Notes under the pieces: generated by a model | What the model saw: the letters and a program-made list of their open reading frames with translations, nothing else | Database searches by the model: none | What the model was told of the DNA's origin: nothing | From: Kiritimatiellia bacterium | GTDB taxonomy: Bacteria > Verrucomicrobiota > Kiritimatiellia > CAIVKH01 | Direction of reading: 5' to 3' | Length of the DNA: 64,000 nucleotides | NCBI GenBank assembly: GCA_039807095.1 | Contig: JBDHQM010000003.1 | Coordinates: 24,620-88,619 of the forward strand | Part shown: in pieces, positions 8,538-17,675 of the stretch | How the letters are laid out: every line of letters begins with the position of its first letter | Numbering within the stretch: position 1 is the stretch's first letter | Translations under genes and position numbers: made by a program

Positions 8538-10388
8538 ATGTCTGGCAGAGAGGATGTGCGGATGGCGTCGAAAAACTTCCAACGCTTGGAAATTCATTCG
8601 CGGAAGACTTCCAAGGCTTGGAACTATTTCCTCAAAAACTTCCAAGGGTTGGAACTTTTGCCTCGCGCGGCTTCCAAGGGTTGGAAATTTTTTGTTTTGG
8701 CGCTGTTTTTGGCGGTTGCGGCGCGGGGGGCGAGCCCGTGGCGCGAGGTGGTATCGTTTTCGATCACGACAAACATTTCGCACGATAGAAGTGTTTACGT
8801 TGTCGGCAATCATCCTGACCTCGGGAACTGGAATCCGACGGCGGCGGTGCAGCTCGCATATTCGGGGGGCGATTCGTGGACGGGGAACGTCGCGGTGCAG
8901 GCGGGGACGGTGCTGGAATATCGCTATATTTCACGGCTCGATGCGTCGAATCAGTATTGCGTGGTGACGAATGTAGAGTGGCTCGGCGACGGGAATCTCA
9001 CGAATGTGATTTCCGCGCAGCCTGACGCGCCGTATGCGGGAAAGACGCTGCTTTATTTGTCGTCGTGGACGAATGCGTTCGTGCGGTATTGGGCGGATGC
9101 GACGAATCTCGTTTCGATGGAGATGGAGCGGGTGGGCGAGGGGCGGGTGCTTGGCGAGTATTTGTATCGCGCGGCGGGGTTCGGCGAGGCGGGCGAGGCG
9201 GTGCAGTTCGACTGCTTCGGTTTTTTGAGCGAGACGCAGTATTGGGACAAGGCGCCGTATACGGGATTCGGGACGAACGATTATTCCACGCCGCTCGATG
9301 TGTTCTATTTGCAGGACGGCGACATCTTCAATTATACGCCGCCCCCCGCGCCGGCTGCATCGTCCGTGACGTCGCTGGTCATCGTGTCGTCCTACACGAA
9401 TATTCCGGGGCGCAACGTGCGGATTTATCGCCCGCGCGGGTATTCCGACAACACGTGGAAACGGTATCCGGTGATGTACGCGCACGATGGGCAGTACTTT
9501 GCCGGAGGGTGGGGCGGCTGGCAGACTTTGGATCGGGAAATCAGTCAGGGGCGGATGCGTGAGGCGATTGTGGTGGCGGTGGATACGCCGGGCGCGGCGT
9601 ACCGGTGTCGCGAGTTGGTGCCGCCGGGCGATGAGATTGATTTGGTGGACTATTGCGGGTCGCCGAATGTGCAGGGCATTGGCGACCAGTATGCCGACTA
9701 TTTGATTCACGATGTGAAGGCGTATGTGGACGCGAATTACCGGACGTTGCCGGACAGGGAAAACACGGGCGTAATCGGCTCCTCGCTCGGCGGGTTGATT
9801 TCGTGCTGGATGGCGATGCGGACCAACGCGTTCGGGTGGGCGGGGGTGATGTCGGCGGCGTTCTGGACGGCGCCGAACTTCATGGACTGGATTGAGACGA
9901 ACGATTCGCGCGTCGCGCGGTTGTATTACGACTTCGGCACCAGCGAGGATGACTCGATTTGGAATGTCTTGTGGTTGCTCCGCTATTATCTGCTTGAGGA
10001 CGGGTACGCGGAGAATGGCGATCTGCTGACCCGCATCGGCTGCGACCACACCCATGCGGAGTGGGCGTGGAAAGCGCGGCTGCCCAGCGCGATGCGATAT
10101 TTGCTGAACCCGTGGGACGAGCCAAATCTGCTCGCGCAAGCCGAGTATCCACCCGCCCTCACGTGGGAAGGGGGGGGCGGACCGACTTCGCTCGTCCATC
10201 GCACGTTGTTCGGCTATCAGTATCGCCTCGAAACCGCGACGAACATGCTGGACGGCGTTTGGGCGACATCCGCGGTGCCCGCGATTGTTGAAGCGCGGCC
10301 CTGGTCCGAACTCGTCTGGCCGCTCACCAACGCGTTGCCTCCCGACCCGACCGTCTTTCTCCGCGTGAGCGCCGAGCCCGTGCCCTGA
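8538..10388 (+). CDS. Secreted CBM20 (starch-binding)-esterase fusion (esterase D/putative esterase family alpha/beta hydrolase)
   Basis: VYVVGNHPDLGNWNP...GTVLEYRYI is a CBM20 signature. RIYRPRGY...YPVMYAHDGQ and the nucleophile elbow GSSLGG are esterase-family features. The 5' end is uncertain: the first ~50 codons translate the palindrome array, so the start is probably later (in-frame TTG at 8658 or downstream). Confidence 0.8.
   Translation: MSGREDVRMASKNFQRLEIHSRKTSKAWNYFLKNFQGLELLPRAASKGWKFFVLALFLAVAARGASPWREVVSFSITTNISHDRSVYVVGNHPDLGNWNPTAAVQLAYSGGDSWTGNVAVQAGTVLEYRYISRLDASNQYCVVTNVEWLGDGNLTNVISAQPDAPYAGKTLLYLSSWTNAFVRYWADATNLVSMEMERVGEGRVLGEYLYRAAGFGEAGEAVQFDCFGFLSETQYWDKAPYTGFGTNDYSTPLDVFYLQDGDIFNYTPPPAPAASSVTSLVIVSSYTNIPGRNVRIYRPRGYSDNTWKRYPVMYAHDGQYFAGGWGGWQTLDREISQGRMREAIVVAVDTPGAAYRCRELVPPGDEIDLVDYCGSPNVQGIGDQYADYLIHDVKAYVDANYRTLPDRENTGVIGSSLGGLISCWMAMRTNAFGWAGVMSAAFWTAPNFMDWIETNDSRVARLYYDFGTSEDDSIWNVLWLLRYYLLEDGYAENGDLLTRIGCDHTHAEWAWKARLPSAMRYLLNPWDEPNLLAQAEYPPALTWEGGGGPTSLVHRTLFGYQYRLETATNMLDGVWATSAVPAIVEARPWSELVWPLTNALPPDPTVFLRVSAEPVP
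8577..8686. repeat. Array of four phased TTCCAA-N3-TTGGAA palindromes
   Basis: Copies at 8577-8591, 8609-8623, 8640-8654 and 8672-8686 (spacing 32/31/32 nt). The same motif and spacing occur at 22256-22302 and 46738-46784. Confidence 0.85.
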
Positions 10389-10456
10389 AGCGATGTTTCA
10401 GTTGCTTTTGAACTTGGATCGAAAGCCTCGACAGTCTTGCGCGGAAACGGCAGCAT

Positions 10457-11002
10457 TTGGCCATGACTTCGAAGCAATTTTATGACTGGCAGACCGCTGG
10501 CGGAACGAACGACGTTATGCGGTTGATAGACTGCTTGGAGCGCGCAGACATCCTCTGGTGTGCCATTGGCGGCATTGCTGTCAACCATTGGGCCGCAGAA
10601 CCGATGGTTACGCGGGATGTTGATTTGGTTGTTGCGACGGATTCGATTCAACGCGCAGTGGCCGCGCTTGAGGCGGCAGGATTCACCGCCGAGGTTCACG
10701 AGTGGTCCATCAATCTCAGAGGGAAATCGAAGGTTTCCATTCAGATTAGTACGGAGGATTTGTACAAGGATTTTCCGGCTCGCTCTGTTCCGGCGGACGT
10801 ACACGGGATATTGATGCGGGTCGCGAGTCTCGAAGACACCCTGACGGGGAAAATGAGGGCGTGGTCCGATTCGACCCGGCGACAGAGCAAAAGGATTAAA
10901 GATTTAGGCGATATCGCCCGCTTGGTTGAAGCACATCCCGAGCTGTGGCCGCGCCTGACAGACGAGTTGCGCAAGCAACTGCAACCGCCACCAGGCGCGT
11001 GA
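10457..11002 (+). CDS. Nucleotidyltransferase-fold protein (lone, MNT-like)
   Basis: AIGGIAVNHW...TRDVDLVV resembles the G-x-x...D-x-D NTase motif. The C-terminal KRIKDLGDIARL helix is common in small NTase proteins. No HEPN partner adjacent. Confidence 0.5.
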   Translation: MAMTSKQFYDWQTAGGTNDVMRLIDCLERADILWCAIGGIAVNHWAAEPMVTRDVDLVVATDSIQRAVAALEAAGFTAEVHEWSINLRGKSKVSIQISTEDLYKDFPARSVPADVHGILMRVASLEDTLTGKMRAWSDSTRRQSKRIKDLGDIARLVEAHPELWPRLTDELRKQLQPPPGA

Positions 11003-11021
11003 TTGCGGGTTTCGCCGTTTT

Positions 11022-12182
11022 TTACGGTTCGGTGGGGGCGGGTTTCTCGATTGTTGCTGCGAGAGTGTCGCGGATGGCGGATGGGAGGTCCGTTTCGTCG
11101 GGGTCGATGATGCGGACCAGGCGAGCGGAGTCGTCAATGAGCGCCACGGTGGGGATGTCGCGGACGCCGAAGGTTCTGAAGAATGTGCCGCTGGAGTCGA
11201 GGGCGAGGGGGATGGTGACGTTGTAGTTGCTCCGGTAGTCGGCGAGGTCCTGAGCGGTTGCCCAAGGGCCGCCTGATATGCCGAGCCAGTCCACGTCGGG
11301 GAGGGAGGTGGCTATTTCCTCAATTGCTTCGCGCACGCGCGTGCAGGCTTTGGAGGTGTCAGGGCGGCTGGTTTCGAGGTACCACTCGCACCAGCTGGAG
11401 AAGAATTCAACGGCGAGGAGTCGGCCGGGCTTGGCTTTGAGCGGGGCGAGTTGGCCGTTGTCGAGCGCGATGGAGAGTTCGGGGAGGGTTGCGCCGACTT
11501 CCACGCGCTGTTCCATGTTGACGGCGCGCGCTTCGGTTGCGTCGTCCGGTTCTTCGGCGAGCACTTTTGCGAGCGCGGCGTTCAGGTCGTCATTTTCGGC
11601 GTGGCCCATGTATTGGAAGCGAACGTCTTTACCGATGATGACGTGCTGCGGGGTGACGTTCACGTGGAAGAGTTTGGTGAGGGTGCCGTCGTCAATCACG
11701 ATGGGCATGGTGAGCTTGTATTTGTCGCGGAATGCGCGAACGGATTTTTCATCGTCGCTGTACCCGATGTTCACGGCAACGATTTGAATTTTGTCGCCGA
11801 GTTCCTTGTAGGTTGCCTCGAAACCGGGCATCTGCTGGCGGCAGGGCACGCACCAGGTGGCCCAGAATTTCAGGTAGACGGGCTTTTTGCCGTAGATCGA
11901 GGCGAGGTCAATGCGTTCGCCGTCTATGGTGGTCATTTTTGCGAGCGGGGCGGCCTCGCGTAGGACATTTGATCCGGCTTCTTTCGCGAGTTCCTCGCCT
12001 GCGGCGGCATAGTCCGGATCCTCGACCGTGTCGTTGAGGTCAATGTTATCGAGATTGGTCGCCGTTTTTGGGGCGACCGGCGGCGGAGTTTCAGTGGCGG
12101 CTTCGTCGGCAAAGAGCGGGGTGGCCGCGAGGCTGAGAAGGAGGACGGCAAGGAGCGTGTTGTTTGTGAGCGCTGACTTCAT
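11022..12182 (-). CDS. TlpA-like thiol:disulfide oxidoreductase with two thioredoxin-like domains
   Basis: Start placed at ATG 12182 (MKSALTNNTLLAVLLLSLAATPLFA signal peptide, AAGGA RBS). First domain has FWATWCVPC (CxxC). Second domain has FFSSWCEWY (second Cys missing). Confidence 0.8.
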   Translation of the reverse strand: MKSALTNNTLLAVLLLSLAATPLFADEAATETPPPVAPKTATNLDNIDLNDTVEDPDYAAAGEELAKEAGSNVLREAAPLAKMTTIDGERIDLASIYGKKPVYLKFWATWCVPCRQQMPGFEATYKELGDKIQIVAVNIGYSDDEKSVRAFRDKYKLTMPIVIDDGTLTKLFHVNVTPQHVIIGKDVRFQYMGHAENDDLNAALAKVLAEEPDDATEARAVNMEQRVEVGATLPELSIALDNGQLAPLKAKPGRLLAVEFFSSWCEWYLETSRPDTSKACTRVREAIEEIATSLPDVDWLGISGGPWATAQDLADYRSNYNVTIPLALDSSGTFFRTFGVRDIPTVALIDDSARLVRIIDPDETDLPSAIRDTLAATIEKPAPTEP

Positions 12183-12383
12183 TGTACTTTCCTTAATGAT
12201 AGATGGTTCCCTCAGGCCGGCCGCTCCGCGGATTGAAGCAGAGCTGGCGTTTGCCCAGCTTGTTGCAGCACGTCGCACTATACCACAGGTTTCCGGCATT
12301 GCGGTGGGAAAAGTTGCTGGTTCGCAGATTGAACTTTGGGAAAGGGCGAATACACTGCGGTCTTTTTGAGGGCAGGCAAGCTG

Positions 12384-13163
12384 ATGCTTCGAGTTTTATT
12401 TCAAATCTGGCTGGCGTGGTTCATTTTATCGCGGATTTCGCGACTCTTTTCGTCGTCATCCAGTACGCCGCCCCCGCCCCCGCCACCACGTCCGCCGCAT
12501 CCGCCACCGGGTGCGGGCAGATCCTCGCGCAGCGGAACCGGCAGTGAGTCCGCATTGCCGCACGGCTTTGCCGATCTCGTGGCGATGCTGGCGAAGCAGG
12601 CAAAGTGCGATGGCGCGGTGACGCGGGAGGAGATTCGGGTGGTCGAGGCGTTCTTCACGGACGTGTTGAGCCTGTCGTCGGCCGCCCGCGCGGAAGCAAT
12701 CCGGATTTTCCAGCGGGCGAAGGACTCGCGGATCAGCTTTGAGTACCATGCGCGACGCTTTTATGAGCAATACGCGGGGAATTGGGGGATGCTCTCCGGC
12801 GTTCTGGAGCTGCTGGTGACGATTTCGCTGGCCGATGGCGAGATGAGCGCCGAGGAAGAGCTGCTCATCAATCAGGCGCAGGCGATTTTCGGCGTGCAGA
12901 GCGAGGAATATGCGCAGTACCGCTCCCGCCAGCGCACCCGGCCACGCAGCGGGGAGAAGGGCGAGCAGTATTACGCCAAGGTGCTGGGGCTCCGCGGCGA
13001 GATGACGCGCGAGGAAGTGAAGAAGGCGTATCGGAAGCTCGTCACACAATATCACCCCGACCGCGTCGCCCATCTCGGCGAGAAAATGCGCCTCTCCGCT
13101 GAGGAAGAGATGAAGAAAATCAACGAAGCCTACGAATATTTCCGTCGGAAATATTCACTCTAG
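12384..13163 (+). CDS. djlA: DjlA-like co-chaperone (N-terminal TM, TerB-like domain, C-terminal J domain)
   Basis: MLRVLFQIWLAWFILSRI TM helix, proline run PPPPPPPRPPHPPP, TerB-like LAKQAKCDGAVTREE and SLADGEMSAEEE, J domain YYAKVLGL...AYRKLVTQYHPDR. Confidence 0.75.
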   Translation: MLRVLFQIWLAWFILSRISRLFSSSSSTPPPPPPPRPPHPPPGAGRSSRSGTGSESALPHGFADLVAMLAKQAKCDGAVTREEIRVVEAFFTDVLSLSSAARAEAIRIFQRAKDSRISFEYHARRFYEQYAGNWGMLSGVLELLVTISLADGEMSAEEELLINQAQAIFGVQSEEYAQYRSRQRTRPRSGEKGEQYYAKVLGLRGEMTREEVKKAYRKLVTQYHPDRVAHLGEKMRLSAEEEMKKINEAYEYFRRKYSL

Positions 13164-13526
13164 CCGCAAATCCATTCCGCCTTTTTGCCTGCCAGAGGCC
13201 CGCCATCTGCGGGGAGGGCGGAGGCATGGACTGACCGGAAAACCAGGGCTGAAATTCTGGTCGCGGGGTGTCCGAAAGCGGAAAAAGCCAACTTTTTTTG
13301 GGGTCGGGGAGCCCTCCTTAACTCGTTTGTAGCGAGGAAAATAGCCTTTTGACGCCACCGCAAGGGACAAGGAGGTACGAAAAGCGGATTTGACTTAAAC
13401 GCTTTAGTCCGTACCTTCGCCCGAGTGTTGAGAAATTCTTTGGTTGCCGGCGGAGGTCGCAGGCGGGCTCAACAAGCGGTCGCTGGGCGACCGACATGAA
13501 GTTCTAAGGCACGAGGGAGAGCCTTC

Positions 13527-14222
13527 ATGAAGCAGGGTTGGAACAATAAAATTGCGATAGCAGTGGCGACGACCGTGGTTTGCGTGTCGGTCATTGCACT
13601 CGCGGAATCACCGGCAGCACGGCAGACGAATACGGCGGCGTCCGCGCTTCCTGTACGCGAGGCAGGTGCAATCGCGCCCGCGCTTCCTGCTGCCGCACCC
13701 GCGCGCGTTGCCGAAAAGGCGACTCCCAGTGAGTCGGCCAGCGAGCTGGATCAGCGCTTGATCGCCAAGTTGCTTGTGGAATCCATTGTTCAGATTGAGT
13801 CCGCCAGCAACCCGCGCATGGTGGGGTCCAAGGGCGAGCGCGGCTTGATGCAGATCAAGGCGGATACGTGGAGCGAGGTTACGCGGCGTCATTTCGGCAC
13901 CCGGATCGCCTTTTCGCGCGCTTTCGAGAGTCAGCTGAACCGCGACGTGGGCAGCGCCTACCTTTCCGACCTGCAGTCATTTCTCGCCAAGCATCGCAAT
14001 TTATGGAAAGCCGATGAGCGCGCTCTTTTGCTGGCGTGCTACAACGCCGGACCCGAGCGCGTGCGCCAGTGCGGGTTTGACATCCGCCGTCTACCCGCCT
14101 CGACGCGGGATTACATTACGCGCGGCTCCGCGCTGCACGACGCGCTGTTGGGAGACCACAACATCTCCACGCATCAAGTCCGCCTCGCGATGGACGCCAC
14201 TCGCCGGTCGGGCGGCGTTTAG
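13527..14222 (+). CDS. Lytic transglycosylase (SLT domain) with signal anchor
   Basis: IESASNP...GERGLMQIKADTW (catalytic Glu context) and LLLACYNAGPERV. Confidence 0.8.
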   Translation: MKQGWNNKIAIAVATTVVCVSVIALAESPAARQTNTAASALPVREAGAIAPALPAAAPARVAEKATPSESASELDQRLIAKLLVESIVQIESASNPRMVGSKGERGLMQIKADTWSEVTRRHFGTRIAFSRAFESQLNRDVGSAYLSDLQSFLAKHRNLWKADERALLLACYNAGPERVRQCGFDIRRLPASTRDYITRGSALHDALLGDHNISTHQVRLAMDATRRSGGV

Positions 14223-14281
14223 TCCGCAGTTGTCTTTTCCGGTTTCGCGTGCTTTAGTTAGGCGCTTTAGGAGATTTATCC

Positions 14282-14875
14282 ATGCAGCCGAACGTTGATA
14301 TTGCCGAAGCACTGCGCCGTGGGTTTAACCTCTACAAAGAGAACATCACGACACTGATGATCGCCACATTGCTGGCGATGATCATTTCGGTTGTGACGGT
14401 GGGAATTCTGGCCGGCCCCATGATGGCGGGTCTGATACTGATCACGCTGCGTCTGGTGGATAAATCCGACCCGAAGCCGGAAATCGGCGACCTCTTCAAA
14501 GGGTTTGAGTTCTTTCTGCCATCGCTGGTCTACATTGTTCTGCTTATGGTTGCGCAATTCGTTGGGAAGTTTGTTTTGGGGTGGTTTCCGATCATAGGCA
14601 TTCTGCTCAGTAGCCTCTTCGGGATGGCGCTCAGCGCATCTGTAATGTTCGCGATGTACTACATTGTGGATCGCAAACAGGACGTAGTCGCGGCCATCCA
14701 GCAGAGTTTTGAGCTGGTCAAAAAGAATTTCTGGGTATTTTTGGCGCTGAACCTCGTCGCCGGGCTGCTTTCAGGACTCGGTTTTATTGCCTGCGTTATC
14801 GGCATCATTGTGACCGCGCCGTTTTACGTGACGACGATCTCGATCGTCTATCGCGATCTGCATCCGGTGCAATAG
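14282..14875 (+). CDS. Integral membrane protein of unknown function
   Basis: 197 aa with about five hydrophobic helices, followed by a strong terminator. No catalytic motif recognised. Confidence 0.6.
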   Translation: MQPNVDIAEALRRGFNLYKENITTLMIATLLAMIISVVTVGILAGPMMAGLILITLRLVDKSDPKPEIGDLFKGFEFFLPSLVYIVLLMVAQFVGKFVLGWFPIIGILLSSLFGMALSASVMFAMYYIVDRKQDVVAAIQQSFELVKKNFWVFLALNLVAGLLSGLGFIACVIGIIVTAPFYVTTISIVYRDLHPVQ

Positions 14876-14903
14876 ACGGTAGGCCGAGGGCTTGTAGACG
14901 GAA

Positions 14904-14930
14904 GCCGCCCTCGCTGAGGGCGGCTTTTTT
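14904..14930 (+). terminator. Rho-independent terminator
   Basis: GCCGCCCTC-gct-GAGGGCGGC followed by TTTTTT. The stem sequence is nearly identical to the terminator at 251-279. Confidence 0.75.
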
Positions 14931-14958
14931 GCGACCAGCGTCCGCGACTCGGGAGCGG

Positions 14959-16374
14959 TTATGCCTGCGATTCGAGCGCCATTTTGAGGTGCGCGCCTTC
15001 GACGGGGACGGGATAGACGCCGGTGAAGCAGCCGACGCAGAAGTCCTTGGGATTGTCCACGCAGGAGAGCATGCCTTCGAGGCTGACGTAGCCGAGGGAA
15101 TCCGCGCCGATGAAGGAGCATATCTGCTTCTCGTCGCGTTCCGCAGCGACCAGTTCATCGCGTGAGGGAAAATCAATACCGAAATAGCAGGGGTGTCGCG
15201 TCGGCGGGCAGGAAATCCGCACGTGCACTTCCTTTGCGCCCGCTTCGCGAAGGGCAGCGATCCGACGGCGCGATGTCGTGCCGCGGATCAGCGAGTCGTC
15301 CACCATCACTACGCGCTTTCCGCGCACTACGCCCGGCACGACTGCCAGCTTGAGATCGGCGCTGCTCGCGCGCTGCGCTGCAGTGGGCATGATGAACGTG
15401 CGGCCGACGTAGTGGTTCCGGATGAAGCCGTAATCCATCGGCAGCTTGCTTTCGTGCGCAAACCCCAGCGCGGCTGCCATCCCGCTGTCCGGGACGGGGA
15501 CGACGATGTCGGCATCCACCGGATGCTCCTCTGCGAGGCGTTTGCCGAGCCGCATCCGGACATCGTGTACGCTCTGGCCGAAGAGGGTGCTGTCGGGGCG
15601 CGCGAAATAGACGTGCTCAAAAATGCACTGGCCGAGTGAGCCATTGACCGGCTCGCAAAAGAAGTTGCTGTGGATGCCGCGGCTGTCCACCGTGACCAGT
15701 TCGCCCGGCTTCACATCGCGCACAAACTCCGCGCCGATCTGATCCAGGGCGCAAGTTTCGCTCGCGAAGACGTAGCCGCTGCCCAGTTTTCCGATGGAGA
15801 GCGGGCGGAATCCGTACGGATCGCGCGCTGCCATCAGCGAATCCTTCGTCATCAGTAGAAACGAGAATGCGCCCTGCAACTCGCCCAACGCGCGTTCGAC
15901 GCGGCGCGGGCGCGAGCGATACTGCGGGTCCGCGATGAGGTGCAGCAGGATTTCGCTGTCCGTACTCGTCTGAAAAATTGCGCCAGCCTCCTGATAGCCG
16001 CGGCGGAGCCGCTTCGCGTTGATCAAATTGCCGTTGTGCGCAATGGCCCAGATTCCGTCCACGCACTCGACGACCAGCGGCTGCACATTCTGCGGGCGCG
16101 GCGCGCCGGTCGTGGAATAGCGCACGTGGCCGATGCCCAGATGCCCCTGTAAATCGGAGAGCGGCTGGGTGGGTTTTGTGAACACATCGTTCACCAGCCC
16201 CATCCCCTTTATAGAGCGTACCTTCTCGCCGTCGCTCACCACCATCCCCGCGCCTTCCTGGCCGCGATGCTGAAGCGCAAATAAACCCGTAAAAATGGCT
16301 TTGGCTGCATCCGGCACGCCGAATACGCCAAAAAGACCGCAATAATGTCTCGGTTTTTCAGCCGAACTGCTCAT
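14959..16374 (-). CDS. purF: Amidophosphoribosyltransferase
   Basis: N-terminal propeptide then CGLFGVFG (Ntn catalytic Cys). PRTase motif VVMVDDSLIRGTT. C-terminal Cys cluster. Confidence 0.95.
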   Translation of the reverse strand: MSSSAEKPRHYCGLFGVFGVPDAAKAIFTGLFALQHRGQEGAGMVVSDGEKVRSIKGMGLVNDVFTKPTQPLSDLQGHLGIGHVRYSTTGAPRPQNVQPLVVECVDGIWAIAHNGNLINAKRLRRGYQEAGAIFQTSTDSEILLHLIADPQYRSRPRRVERALGELQGAFSFLLMTKDSLMAARDPYGFRPLSIGKLGSGYVFASETCALDQIGAEFVRDVKPGELVTVDSRGIHSNFFCEPVNGSLGQCIFEHVYFARPDSTLFGQSVHDVRMRLGKRLAEEHPVDADIVVPVPDSGMAAALGFAHESKLPMDYGFIRNHYVGRTFIMPTAAQRASSADLKLAVVPGVVRGKRVVMVDDSLIRGTTSRRRIAALREAGAKEVHVRISCPPTRHPCYFGIDFPSRDELVAAERDEKQICSFIGADSLGYVSLEGMLSCVDNPKDFCVGCFTGVYPVPVEGAHLKMALESQA

Positions 16375-16553
16375 CAGAACACTCCATCCGTAAAGCGTTT
16401 TTCCGCAAGGGATCTCAAAGCCTGATTAGGAACGGAAAGTGCGCGGTGTCGAGAACAAACCGCGAGAAGGACCCCAATTTTAACGGACGGGCGCCCTGAT
16501 TGAAGGACTGGTGTCTTTTCGGCTGCTGTAGCCTGGCGGGAGAGAAGGGAGCG

Positions 16554-16586
16554 AAAAAAAGCCCCGCCGCGGGTATGCGGCGGGGC
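16554..16586 (-). terminator. Rho-independent terminator for the porin-like gene
   Basis: On the minus strand: GCCCCGCCGC-ataccc-GCGGCGGGGC followed by TTTTTTT, 25 nt after the stop at 16611. Confidence 0.75.
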
Positions 16587-16610
16587 TTTGGTGGGCCGGT
16601 GTGTGCCGAC

Positions 16611-17426
16611 TTAGAACGTGTAGCTGAGCTGCAGGCTGCCGACGACGTAGTCGGTCTTGCCGTAGTACAGGTCGCTATCCGCTTTGACCGCGTCCTTTGC
16701 GTCATCCAGCAGGAAGGCATAGGTGACAGCGGGGGTGATCGTGAGATTGTCGGAGATGGCAATCGGAAGGCTCGCGCCGACGCTGCCGTCGGTGAGGCCT
16801 TTCACGCCATCCACAAAGTAGAAGGTTCCCCACTTATCCGATGCGGCGCCGAGGCTCGCGCTGAGCTCAAGCTCAACCTTCTCCGCGAGGGAAAGGCTGT
16901 GGCTGATCTCAATATCGCCGTAAAAGCCGTTGGCCTCCTTGAGGTCATAGTAGAGGTTCAGCGTCGGCGAGAGCAGCACATCGCTGAATGCGTAGTTCAG
17001 GAACGCCTCGCGCGTGTCGTTTTCGAGCGCGATGTTGCCGAGTGAGTTCTCTTCCGTGACGTTCGGGAAGTCGTAGCTGACAATACCGAGTTTGACATCC
17101 GCGCCGGTGATCGGGCAGGCGAACTCGTATGCCACTTGAATGTCGTGCTCCGAGAATTCGCCCTCGTGGCCGGTTGCTTCATCGGTCAGATTGAGGTTGC
17201 CCCACCAGTTCAGAGAGAACCCGTTTTTGCTGATGGTGACTTCCGGCTGCAGTACCGCCTCCTTGTTGATGACCTGGCCGCGCCAGACATAAGCCGAGAG
17301 AACCGGCACATCCAGCGTCACCTCAACCGACGATTTCGCAGCTTCATCCGCAGCGGCACCCAATGGGAGCGCCAGCATGGCACCCGCGGCGAAACCCAAC
17401 CCGATTTTCTTCAGCGTTTCTTTCAT
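16611..17426 (-). CDS. Outer-membrane beta-barrel protein (TorF/Gcw_chp-like putative porin)
   Basis: Signal peptide, alternating beta-strand pattern, VLSAYVWRGQ near the N-terminus, C-terminal ...LQLSYTF aromatic end. Confidence 0.6.
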   Translation of the reverse strand: MKETLKKIGLGFAAGAMLALPLGAAADEAAKSSVEVTLDVPVLSAYVWRGQVINKEAVLQPEVTISKNGFSLNWWGNLNLTDEATGHEGEFSEHDIQVAYEFACPITGADVKLGIVSYDFPNVTEENSLGNIALENDTREAFLNYAFSDVLLSPTLNLYYDLKEANGFYGDIEISHSLSLAEKVELELSASLGAASDKWGTFYFVDGVKGLTDGSVGASLPIAISDNLTITPAVTYAFLLDDAKDAVKADSDLYYGKTDYVVGSLQLSYTF

Positions 17427-17675
17427 TCTTTCCTTTCTTCAACCTGATTGCCGCCCGTATCTGGAGCGACATTTCTATGATCGCTATACTAGGGTCGCGC
17501 GCGATGGGTGTGCAAGCCTGCCAGCGGAAAAAGCAAAACTATTTCCCAATGCAAAACCGGATGCAATTCGCACATTTCATTCCGCTTTGACAACGCAAAC
17601 GCAAAATCGCACAGTGTTGCCGAAAACCGCCGCAGCCCTGAAGAAGGGCGCCGCAAAAAACAAGGAGCGAACACA

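Noticed and set aside
8577-8686. Phased palindrome array considered as a mini-CRISPR or as coding repeats
   Set aside because: 15-nt repeats with 17-nt spacers are too short for CRISPR. The same element is clearly intergenic at the two other loci, so coding is unlikely.
13164-13526. ydaO (c-di-AMP) riboswitch upstream of the SLT gene
   Set aside because: The conserved ydaO sequence blocks I remember (GGGGGACCCA, GGGGUGAAUCC and ACCCGUCAGCUAACC-type segments) are not present. Kept only as a generic structured leader.
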